Shown here piece by piece: positions 1 through 12,700 of a stretch of 64,000 bases of DNA. A model generated the notes under the pieces. That model saw only the letters and a program-made list of their open reading frames with translations, did no database searches and had not been told where the DNA came from. The DNA lies in assembly GCA_964106915.2 (NCBI GenBank), contig OZ066918.1. One strand, 5' to 3'. Position 1 is the stretch's first letter. The number at the start of each line of letters is the position of its first letter. A program made the position numbers and the translations under genes. Source of the DNA: Podarcis gaigeae (taxonomy: Eukaryota).

Positions 1-711
1 GCAGCCATTTTGGCCCAAGGCTTAAATTGATTATTTAAAAGCATTCCTGACAGATGTTTTACCCTCATTAGAAAAACTCCAGCAATGCACTTTCCAGGGA
101 ATTTCCAGGAAATTCTCAGGACACAACATTTTTTCGTTTTTAGGCCCCCGCTGAATTCCTAGGCAAAAGCAGAAAATGCCAACACTCCCTGGGGTTTTCT
201 CAGATGTGTGCCTAACAGGTGATCAGTTTTTCCTAAGGATCAAATAATATTGAAGAAGTTGCAGCTTAAACCCAGTTATTCCTTCTAGGACACAGGAAGG
301 GAAAGCTGCTCCCTCCTCCTCATTATGGCCCCTTGACATCTGAATATAAGCTAACCAATTGTTTTGGTCCCAAGGACTGCATTCACCTTTGCCCAGTCCG
401 TCAGGGGTCATATGCAAGTGGTAATCATGGCTGTAGAACACTCTTGTACAGACACACAGGATGCACACAGATATCTCTGTGTCTACTTTGACTTTCTCTT
501 TGCTGCTGCTGGAGGCAGAAAAATTTGACTAGGAAGCTAAAACAGCTCTCTGGAGGGTGGGTCAACTACCCCTGGCCTAGTTATTCCATTGAATTCTCTT
601 CATATGTTGCTCATTTCTATGGTATTCTATGAACCTCTCTTCTATGACTCTGTTATTAACCAGCTACACAGGTTAGTATCCAGCATAAAAGCCAATTCAG
701 GCTAATCATAC

Positions 712-3700
712 CTTCTTAGGTTTGGGGGACAGCAACTCCTCTCTAAGTGACACATAGACCTTTGATTCTAGGGAATCAATGCAGAGAACCACAGCTCTTG
801 TTTTTTCACCCTGGACAATGTTTTTGCCTTTAAAAACAAACAAACATGCACCATAAGATTATTGCTTGATATAACTGGGGCAAAATGAAGCAACTGCATT
901 TCAGTACTTCAGTAAGAGACACTATTTATTTACATTACATCACTGATAGCTGAGTCAGGAGAAAAACCAAAAATTCACTCAGGTCTCAGACACACTTCTG
1001 CTGCTCAGACTGTTCAAAAAGACTCCACTCTTTTGTTTCAAACCCAAAGAGCAAAATATAGTATATCAGGACAAAGTAGACAAGGGGGGGGGGGGGGAAG
1101 ACCACAAAGTATGTCCTACCTCCAAGGTGACTATGAGTAGCCATTATAGTTAAGCCAGAAACAGAGGTGCTATCAAATAGTGCTGAACCATCAGTGTTGA
1201 CTTTGCGAGCCGCCAGCATCAGCCTCTGCCCAGGTTTTAATTCACAGACTTTCTGAACCACACCGACAACATCTGAGGATAAAGAAAGAACTAAGTCCCA
1301 TTTGCAGCTGGATGTTTCATCGCTGAACTATAGAAAGTCAAAGTAAGTTTAATAAGGATTAACTATTAAAAATGAGTAGATTCCCTTATTTTGAGGAATT
1401 ATGCACTGGTGCCTGAAAGTAGCTTTCTTGCTGTATCTTTAAGTCAATATGAAAATGGAAGGGAAAAATGGGGTCTTTTAAGCTCATAGCAAATGAGCCA
1501 GTCACCCAGAAACAAAGTGCCAGTCAAAGAAATGTAATCTTTCTCCAACTGCAAGTTAAGCAAAACCCACTTGGTAATCTCATATAGCAGAAAACCATCC
1601 CGAGTGACTAGATGTTTTACCTGAAACTGAATCTTTGAACCTCTCTTTAAATAAAAGTTTGAAAAGTTCCTAGGCCTCCTAGAAATGTTGAGAAAAGGTG
1701 CTCCAAGCTTTGCCTCAAAACCAGGACGCTCACATGCATCCACTATGTGTATGTGGCCAACACAAGGTTTCCATGGGCCATCTTTTATCATGACAACCTT
1801 TACCTCTTCCACTGCTGATACTCTTGATCTCCTGCAGCTCCTTGAAGTATTTGTGCAGCAAACAGAAGCTCTCAGAAACAGAATCCTCGGAGGAGCACTC
1901 AGACACCTTCAGGGACAGCAGGATGCGTTGCTTCTCCTCATCAATGCTGGTCACTTTGGCAACTACAGTCTGACCTACCACATAATGGTCTTTGGTGTCT
2001 GTCACAAACTTGTCACTCATTGCCTATAGCAATTAGGAGATAAGAACCAATTAATACTGTTCTCCTTAAGAGTGCCTTTGCAAGAGAGCTATCAACACCA
2101 CCAGCCTCAAGACTTCCAGAAAGGAAGGAATGCAATCAAAACAGTTCCAAACAAGAAACCTTTTACCTAGGCTGAGTTAGAGACAGCTCTATTAGCTACT
2201 TCATGCTAGCAGTCTAATTAACATTTCATCACTAAATTGTTTGCCTTTCTAAGTAAAGACTAAAGGTTGCATTTTCAGCTAGCTGAAGATCTTTAGATAA
2301 CGTTCAATGTGTTTTAAAAGTCAAATTTGTTCTACAAACATCTATTCTTTGACAGTCAGCTGATGCTAATAAATTGGGAATTGTGCCATGTACTACTGCT
2401 CTTTGGGGAATGCGACAATATGGATCAGCACAACTGCTTGAATGCTCTTTGGGGGCATGGTTATGAATGGTTGAGCCAGAAGCGGTTTAGTCATGCTGGC
2501 CACATGACCCGGAAAGCTATCTGCGGACCAATGCCGGCTCCCTCAGCCTGAAGCGAGAGGAGCGCTGTACCCCATAGTCACCTTTGACTGGACTTAACCA
2601 TCCAAGGGGTCCTTTACCTTTGCCTATGGATGGGGGCCATCTTGAGTGCCTGCATTTCAAAACATACCACTAGGAAACAGCTTCTCTCACACCACTTGCA
2701 AGCAGGAAATTCCTATGTATTATTTTGTGCCCTTACTTCCAAATCCATCTAGAGAACTCCTCTCAGCAGGAATTTTTATCCTTGAGTAGTGCAGCATAAG
2801 AGATTATTTCAACTAGAAAGCACCTCTTCCTCAACATCTGCGAATAAACCTATTTTAGAAGGGACAATGCAACATGCCTTACCGACTTGGGTGCCAGCCC
2901 TGTCAGACCATATGGAAACTCCACAAACACACCATAAGGCATGACGTTTCTCACAAAGCCAGTCAGCAGCAATCCAGGCTGGATGTCTGAAAAGCTCTTC
3001 ACCACCCGTTCCTCCTCAATTGCTGAAATAACCGATGGCTTTCTGCTCAGGGTCTAAACAATGGGTCAAGGAATACAATTGGGGAGGAGGAGCGTACTGG
3101 TAGTTTGGTTTTATTTGGCAGCCACAAAACAAGCATTTCACCAAAGCCCATTAACATAGAGCGGGAGGTAGGCAGACTGTTATAACACAGGGGACGTAGG
3201 ACATAATTGTGCCAAAAAGTAAGATCATGTTGCAACCAACCAACTGCCTGATTCCATTCAGATTCTGCAGAGGAAAAAGAAAACATTCTATCAGCAACAA
3301 GATTCCACTGGATCCCAATTCGCAGGCAGCCATTAAAAAAAAAAAACTGAAGAAAGCAAAGGGAATGATTGCTTCATCCAAAAACCAAGGTAGTGAAGAT
3401 ACTAAAGGCTACAAAAACCTTTGCTCACTTCTACTCTCCCTCCATCTAAAAAATCTTCTAAGACAATTTCTTCCCTTCAGACTGCACAGACATAGAGAGG
3501 TAAAACTGACACACACAGAATCTTTGAATGTCATTTCTCTGGGAGACAATATATGCAATGCAAGTTAATGCTGTTGTGCAACATAAAATGGCTATATGAT
3601 TTTACCAAGCTTGGCTGGACTTTACAAGGATACAACATGACCTCCCTTGTCATGGAGGCATAACACTCTATGGAGAATATCATCTGCTTTAAGGCAGGAC

Positions 3701-6700
3701 CACCACAACTTGCTATTGGACACATAGTCAGAGAGATGATTTGTGGAAAGGTAGGCGAAAACATTGTCCGGCAAGATCGTAACTTCAAGCCCATCTTCTT
3801 TTTTCCTCAGAATTTTTACATCAACAATCTGAGCAAGAGAAAAAAGCAACACTTTTTTAATACGTGGAAGACCACCACCTAAAATGCAATATTCCCAGGA
3901 TAACAAGGTTTCTCAAAATGCAAGCAACTTAAAAGATAAAAGAAAGAAATCATCTCAACAATCAAAGTTAAAGTCTAGGAGCATTTCTTATTTTTTGGAA
4001 TAACTTTTTATTGGGTTTTGTAAACAAGGATCATAGGAATAATAATCAATACAAATAAATAAACCCGTTCTTATTTGAATATAACAAAAATAGCATAATA
4101 AATCTGCAGTAATATCTACAACAAATAGTTCATTATTAGTGACCATTGTATAAGTTCTTGGTTTGTGAATTGATTTTTTAAAAGGAGGTGGGGAACAGGA
4201 TAGAATATAGTTGACAGATAACATTCATCATCGCATCGCTAAATGCCTAATCAGCAGCCCTTCTGGTTGTGCTTAGATTTAAGTAAGTGCAATCGTCATT
4301 TTTCCTCTTAGGTTATTAATGAAACAATATAAAGTGTTGGTATACTGATGAACGTGGGAGGGGAATTCAAAGTACAGATAATAATTTATGTTTAAAGTTA
4401 AATCTAGACCAACCAGATGGAGCATTTATTCTGATGTGAAGAACACTTCAAGTTAGAATAAATGGTTTAAATCCAACAGAAATGTTCCATGTTTGCCTGA
4501 AGTAGCACTATAATTGGGACCCCATAGCATAGTCTTTCTTAATATATATGAACTGATAATCTGGTCATTTTGTATGAAATAAAACCCAAGTTAGAAATAT
4601 CATAAATTCCTGTCTTTGCTCCTAGCATCCTCAGGGGAATGTCAGCAGGGAAAGGGAAGGGACATCTTTTAGAATAAATTACCCGTCCGGTTTCATATGT
4701 TACTTCTCGCTTCTTTGAAGTCTTTTTTTCTCCACCATCCTCAGCTAGTGCTTCATTTGTCAGCTTGAATGACAGAAGCAGTCTCTCCTGCTCAGGCTCA
4801 CATTTTAAGACAATCACTTTGACCACCTGATTGGCAAAACAAAAGAATCTTCATATTGCAGGCATGTTCACTCTCACACTTCAAAAACAGGACAACCTGA
4901 ATGTGTCCCCAGACATCCCTCTACTGCATCCTATCTGGGTCCTAACCCATTTCCCTCCACTTTAGCTGGATAAAACGTGGAAGTTCTGTAACTTTCCACT
5001 GGCTTTATGCCTCTCTCTGTGTTAATGTAACAGATGTAAGTCATTTTACTAGTAGTTCAAAATCTTTTATTTAAATGTTTTTCAAGAGAGAAAGAGAGAC
5101 CACTGCTATGTCCTACTACATAAGCATATCAAGGGTTCTGCGAATTCAGTAACAATAACCTGCAGTTCATGGTCTATCACTAAACAAATGTATGTGCATT
5201 AAAGATGTTATGCAAATCTGTTGTGCAAATGTGTGCAGCTATTAGCAACTAAAATTTTTATATCATTGACAATCAGACTTTTTACTTTTACCCAGCTTTT
5301 ACCTGGCCTGCATAAAATGTTTCTTGAGGAACAATTGAAGGTGCCCCGCCGAGCTCATTTTTGGGGACAAGGCCCTTTATGTCGTTGTAGAATTTCACAA
5401 TGCAGCCAAACTCCCTAGCACATGCAACAAAACCATGGGTGATCAAGCCTGGCTTTGCATCTTCATAACTGGAAAGGGCAGGGAGTTGGGAATTGACAAG
5501 TGTTCTCTTAAGCGTCAGAAGAAGTTTCCTTGTTTCAGGATTGCAGGAAAGCACCTGGAGGAGAAGAAGAAACTGGAATTATGTGTGCCAACTGGCAGGA
5601 AACTGCAATTGAACCAAAATGAAGGAACGTCCAAAATGTCAGCTTGGAACTCATGGGATCAGTCCTAATAAAGCTGGCACAACCCATCAGCTTAGAAAAA
5701 TAAGGGCTACGAAAGTTTAGGAGGTAGCTGTCAGAGACAGAGCTCATCCTGTAACAGGACCTGAATAACACTTCTTTAACTATTCAAAATAGGCATGGGG
5801 AATCTCTGATCTGCAAGCTAAATAAGCCACTGCATGGGTCCTAATGTGGCTGACAATGTCATTTCCCCAGGCACACCCACCTGCCCAACACTTGATGTCA
5901 GATGGTATCAGGTGTGGGACAGGTAAAGACATATTTGTAAAGGAGCAATTCAGAGACTTAAAGTGTGCTCTCAGCTGTTCCTAGGCAAGCAGGGCTTGCA
6001 TTCAGCACCTTTAAAATACCAAGTGGAGTCAATCCCTTCTAAAGTTAGCAGCAATCATCTGATTGGTGCCGACTTCAAGCCCTGCTGGAAGAAGTTGCAC
6101 TCAGAAGTTGCCTACCAAAAGCAGGGCTTGCAGTCTGTACTAAAGTCAAGGATGTCAGTGCAAAGGAAGAAAGGATTGTAATTTTAGACTCTTAAAGGTC
6201 CTATTGTGGGATCCTTTCTTTAATTGGTAATGTTTATTACCTCACCTTGTTCAATATGTAGCAAGCCAGTTTGAATGCACTGGGGGCCTCTCCTGCTCAT
6301 TTTGCTGAGTGGGGCCCCAGAATTTTGCCGTAAACTCCTGCCTAGACGGAAACACTGTCTACATCTCATCCTGTGGGCCTGTAATCCTACACACCTGCTG
6401 GCAAGTCCCACAGAACTCAGCGAGCCTGACTTCTGAGTAGGTAAAATAGAAATATTAGAAATTATGAATACATGTCATTGTCCCCATTTTAGATTCACTA
6501 CAACTCTGAATAAACTAGATTGAGAGATAGTAACTAATCCAAGGATTACACAGTAAACACAATGGCTGAGAGGGATTCTGAACCTAGGTTTTGCACATCC
6601 AACCTAATGTTACCCACAGAACCACAGCAGCTCTCATTATAAAGGCAGATTATTGCATGGAGAAAGCCCTCTTGGTCTCTCCTTGCTAGAGAAATCAATA

Positions 6701-9700
6701 AAACAGTCCAAAGTGGTCCCTTACAGAGAGTTCTTACCCGACACCGGACAGTGCTCCCCACACTGTATTTCTTCTCTGGCTGTTTCAGAAGCACATCTGC
6801 CAGATGCAGTTGGGGAACCAGGCCCTTGATGTGCTCAGTCACTTTTACTTGCATGCCAAAGGGCTTCAGAGCCAACACCGTGCCCTGAAGTCCAAAAGAA
6901 CGAGGGATCAGAAAGCAAGAAAAACTAGTACAGAAAGAGGAGATGCCCTCCATCTAACTTTGAGGTAGTGAATGTGGGGCATTCCAAATGTTTGACTCTA
7001 ACTCCCATCAGCCTCAGCCAGCGCGACAAATAGTCAGAGGTGATGGGAGCTGCAGTCCAACAACTCCTTTGGGGGGAAGGTTGGGATATAAATCTGGCAC
7101 CACATTGGCTACACCAGACCCCAAGTGTCCCTCTCCCCTCAGCTGCTACTACAGCGATACTTAAAAACCATCTTGAAGGGAATAGAGACCTAGCTTTAAA
7201 TAATTACATTTCCCCTTGAAGCTCATGTTCCATTAGTGTTCCATTAATGTCACACAGCAGGATTTAGGTTTAAAGAGGCATTAAGCACACAAGTCAGAAG
7301 GAAATACTTCCTGGACAAAATTGAACCAAAGCCCTCGCCTCAGGTTGGTTCAGCAAGATAAACAAGATTCCAAGGATATTTCTCTCTCTCCCTGAACTTA
7401 CTTCCACCACCTGTCCAGGATGAATATCATGGTATCTCAAGAATGGAGCCTCAATAATGTGTCTGCAAACAAAAAGAAAGGAAGTGAAAATTGATCTGTG
7501 TGGTGGAAGAGAAACAGATGAAAGAGTAAAGAGAACTGATTCCCCCCCCACCTCTGATTCTTCCTCCTGCCCTTCTAAACAGGTCACCAAGTGAGCTTCA
7601 TGGCCAAGTGGAGATATGAACCCTGGTCTCCCATGTCCTGGCCTGCCACTGTATACCATACTGGCACTTTTTATATCTGTGCTGTCAGTATGAAACTTGG
7701 TATATATGATCTAAACGAGGTAGGGTATCATTGGGCTAAATATCATTCACATTGTGTGCCATGATCTAGATTGATACTGGCCTTGGTGTACATGGGGTGG
7801 GGTAATGGATGTGTCTGGACAGAAATTCATCAGATGCTAGAATGGACCTCAATAGAATTTCCTTTGTAACTGAATGGACCTCAATAGAATTTCCTTTGTA
7901 ACTGAAGGAGCAAAACATCACCTGAAGGCAGAAAGTTTGGCTGCCTATGGAACCAATTTTAAAAATGTGCAGATGCAATCCATTGCACAGGTGTGCATAA
8001 TGTAGCCATCTCAGTTGTTCTGAAAGCAATGGGACTTATGTCCCAACTGAAATGTATTATCTGTTAGGCATAAGGAAGTTCCATCTATGCATAGAATTTA
8101 AGACATGGAGATATGCTTGAAACATGAGTATATAAAGATACTTCATAGATTGGTTCATTCAAACTGCACTCTAAAGCTTACTGTTTGAGAGACACCACCA
8201 TCACATCATCCATTGGGCTGTAGTCAATAATTCGGCATTTATGCTTGCTTCCAGGCTTGAATGCTGCAGGTTTGAAAGATTTGGCAGTATCTGAAAGATG
8301 TTTTATCTGAAAGAGGTATAAAGATAGTGCAGAAAATGAAGATTAAATTATAAATCCAGACAGTTTTCTAGTTTAAGACTAACCCTGCTGTAATCCAGAA
8401 AGCAAAGCAAAGCCTAGATGCTGCATCTGTCTGATTCTACCTTCCAATATGAATCACAATGTGACCACAGATGTTATGATCACATCCAACAAGGGCGAGC
8501 AAACAACAAAAGAATCTAGAAAAGCTCTTTGCTAACTTCAGACTCTGGGCTCTTCTCAATGCTCCAGCACAAATTAAGACATCATATAACACATTCACAA
8601 ACAGATGCCAAGACACATCTATGTATTGAATCGGTAACGGGCAAAAGTGCTGATGTACTGCTCTCCAAACATCAGCCATGATGGTTGAAAGGGTCTACCC
8701 TCCTACAAGGTGCAATCAGCATCAAGTTACTTACATGTGCAAAAGCTAGGCAGCCACCATCCAGCTTGAAGATGGCACCAGTCTTTTTGAGAAAGGTCTC
8801 AACTGTGGAGTCTGGAACTACCCTGCCAATCTGATCACTAGACAGCTTGCCAAGTTGAGTGCCAGGCTGGAGGAAAACTGGGCGCAGAGATAGGCGTATT
8901 GCCTTGGAGATAGGATTGTTGAAGAGAATGCATGCTTTCACCTGGAGGGGAAAACACAAGGGGGGGGGGGAGGTGTTAAGTTTGTAGGAAAAATAAGGAA
9001 TGTGCTAAGAATTGTACTTTTCTTCTCTTTAACATTCTAGACTCCATGACTATGGCGAAACCATACAGAGATGCACCCATTCAATTCATATCTTAACCGA
9101 GTCCCGCAGCACCACCTTAACACAATTTAAGAGTTGCTATAAAATCACTTACCGTCTGACCTGGTGAGTAGTTTCTTGTTTTTGTAGAACTCATGTGCAT
9201 GTAGTCCACAAGTCCAGAGAAGGAAGACAGAAAACTGAGAGAAATTCCAAAAGGAGTCACCTGGAAATATTCAAAAGGAAACAAAAATCGCTATGCAAGA
9301 TGTAAAATTAAACAGAAGAATTTCTCTGACAGATCTAGATGAATATTAAATGAAGATTGAGTTCTAATGTGGCTTTCATGAAATGTAAATGTGTTTTATG
9401 GTTTATATGTATTATATGCTTTTATGTATACAATATTAATGATTCTTCTGCTAGTGGCTCCAAATTATGTCTTCTAGTGCTGTAAATCACTAGATTTAAT
9501 AACATTTTAGGGTGGTAATCAACCAAGTCCTACTCAGAGTAGACACATTGAAATTAATGAACCTAAGTCATGTCCATTAACTTCAATGGGGTAGCTTGAC
9601 TGGGACTAATGTTGAATATCACTCTTATAGAGATTTTTAAAAATCTAGGTTAAGCTAGAAGAAGGGGAAAAACCCTCATGTGCTTCAGACACAGGGCCAT

Positions 9701-12700
9701 AGATGTTTCCAACAAAAAGTCTCTATTTTTGCAATTATCCTTATATTTTAACCAACCTCAGTAAGTCAGACTGGAACAATTCAATGCTGTGAAAAAGCGG
9801 ATGCATCTTTTGTTTAAAATGCAGATGTGTTAGGGAATTTATTATTTTCACTGTACTCTTCCAAGAGAGAAGAAAATAAGATTAGCACATTAATTCGTAA
9901 AAAACAGCTTACCTCCTGAATCTGGGCTTTCACCACCAGCCCAGGCAGCAAATTGCCGAGGGACCAGTTTTGTTCTTCTGTGGCAATAGCTGCAGCAACC
10001 TCTGACTGATCAATGGCCATACGGATTATCCTCCCACCATTCTTTACTTCTTCAATAAGGCAGTTGAGGTATTGGCCTATCTTCAGCTCAGTCCCTAAGA
10101 GACCAACACATGCAACTATCATCACTTATCAGCAAAGCTTTGACATTACCTTTCTATCACTTTGGCCATTATTTCCTGGCACCAGCTACTTCTGAAATCC
10201 TTTCACATGTTCATCACATTAAAAGGCTTTTCATCCTAGACTGAAATACTCCACCTTGCACAAAAAGCTTCCTAAACAAGAGAAGCCAGGCAACAGCTGG
10301 CCGCTTATAAGTTACTGTACAATGATATGTACTCAAGAATATCTCTCTCAAACACACACAGACACACACACAAACATTGGGCAGTAAATTCTGCCTCTGG
10401 TAACTCCCAAATCTAAGATTTTCCAGTTCTCTAAACCACCCATTTGCTTCTCCCCCTGCCTTAAACCCAGTACTCCTAAGTATAGTTATACCTTTGTTGG
10501 CTGACTGCAGGTAGGTCTTGGCTTTCTGACGAGGCAGAAATGCTTTTGTTGCTTGGATGCCTATGTCAATAAGGTAGCCATGATCTTCCACACTAGAGAT
10601 GCAGCCAGAGAGCAGCTGTTTGGAGAAGAAGTGTAAGCTTAAAGGAAATTTTATCAGACTCCTTGTTGTTGTTCCTCCCTCCTCAAGCACTCAAGTTTCC
10701 CTGAAAAGAAACAGGACTTTGGGCTTCCACAAACGAGACATATATCCTCACAGCAATATTAGGACAAGATATCTGCACCTGCTGAAATTCTATTCCCTGC
10801 ATTCTTATAAAAGACACAAGAACATTTTCCTATATCAAATCACAAAAAATTAACAATGATATGTTTTGAGCTCATCTGATGATGCCCATTGCCAGGTTCC
10901 CAAGCTACTGAGGTTAGGGTATGTGATGATACCAGAGAGGTTCTTTTCCATGGAAGCCCCTCTCTAGGTCTGTATACCTGGCACCTACATGGATGACTTT
11001 CTGGCACCAAGTAAAGGCATTTTTATTTATCCAGACATCTTAATTCATTATACTGTGTTTTTATTACTGCTTCTTTCAATTGTTACTTTACATTTCAAAG
11101 CTATTTACCTGCTAAAGTGTTATTCATTGTTTTAGTTTTGTGCTTTTTATTTTGCTTTATTATATTTTACTTTTTGTAAGCTACATGACATAATTTTGGA
11201 AAGGCAGGCGTAAACAGATAATTCATATGTTTCATACCATGCCAGATCTCAGAGTGGCAGCATTCAAAGCCTTGTTGACATCTTTGGGGTTGATTGTTAG
11301 CTGTATACTCTGACGACCTGTAGTAGTCTTCTCCACACCAACCACAGCACATCTGACCAGCATTCCTGGGGTAAAGAGATCTGAGAGAGAATTCAGATCC
11401 TGCAAAAAGATAGTTTAATGCATAAAGACTAAAATAAGGAGCATATCAAAACAGCAACAGCAATATCTAGTCACTGACTCTGAAACTTTGGCCAAACAAA
11501 AAGTTCTGCTGTAAGCAATACAACTGAATTTTTGAACATGCTACAGAGGATGTTGATTACTGAAGGGGTTGCGATTCAGCCATTTAACTATTCAAAGTTT
11601 ATTTCCTCCAAAATACAGATGGCAAGCCAAAAGAAATTCATGTTACTGGCTGTGTGGAGACCCAATGCAGGACTTCGGGGCCAGAGTCTAAAAGGGAACT
11701 AGCCAGAGGGAATTTCTAATATTTCCTCTAAATTCTGCCCTTCTCCCTGAGGATTCCCATTTCCCTCTCCTTCAGACTTTTCATATGTTGTTTCCCTAAC
11801 AGGATTTCTTGGCTTTTTGGGTGGCATGTCAAGTGTGATTAGACAGCAAAACAGAGTCAGATAAGATTTTTTTCTCACTGCTATTCCCTCTGGCTAGGTT
11901 CCCTTTTAGACTCTGGCCCCAAAGTCCTGCACTGGGTCTCCACACCTACCCTGCAAGATCCCTTCACCCAACCACAAGTCTAAAACCTCTGCCAGAATAG
12001 CTTCAAGTTCTCTTTTCAATTTATTACGTTGGCTTCGCCTCATACACTGGGTTTTTCCACAACTACACCAATATGTCTTCACACCAAGGATAAGGTAATC
12101 ATTCCCAGATTTACCTTTCCCCTCACGATGTATTCATCCCACCTCTGCCACCAATTCTGTGGCGTTCGTACAGAGCCCCCGGTCGTTTCATGGACTATTG
12201 ACCTGTACACCACTACTTTATTCTTCCACTGCCACCAATTTTGTGGGGAGGAAACCCAGGGTTGCCCGGTGAGTATTGAGTTTCAGTCAGGTAGAGTTAA
12301 CAATGAAGATTAAAGTTTATTTCAAACACAAACAAGTTTTAAAATATATTCGAAACGCTGTCACTCTATTGCCTCGCAGTCTTGTCCCTGTCTCTGACTC
12401 CTCTATTCCCCCCCCTCCGCCCAAAAAAAGAACCAAGCGAACTGTCAAAACCTCTGGGCTGAGCCTCAAAATCAGGTAGGCTCTGCCTCCGGACTTTCTT
12501 ATTGGTCAACCTATTAACCCTTTCTCTCCCTCAATACAAACATATCCCCAAAGAATGGGCAAACACCACAGCATATGTTGTTCCAGACTGGAATGGGATG
12601 TGTCAATCAAAATCTAGAAGTGCTTTTAAAAAAAGGTCTACCTTCTTTCGTTTTTATTCAATTCCGAAGATATTAATTTCAATGCACATCCTCCCATTCT

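Noticed and set aside
10877-10910. Box C/D snoRNA-like TGATGA..CTGA (also 55627-55678)
   Set aside because: Too short and no terminal stem; the first is antisense to the host gene and the second is in a 3' UTR.
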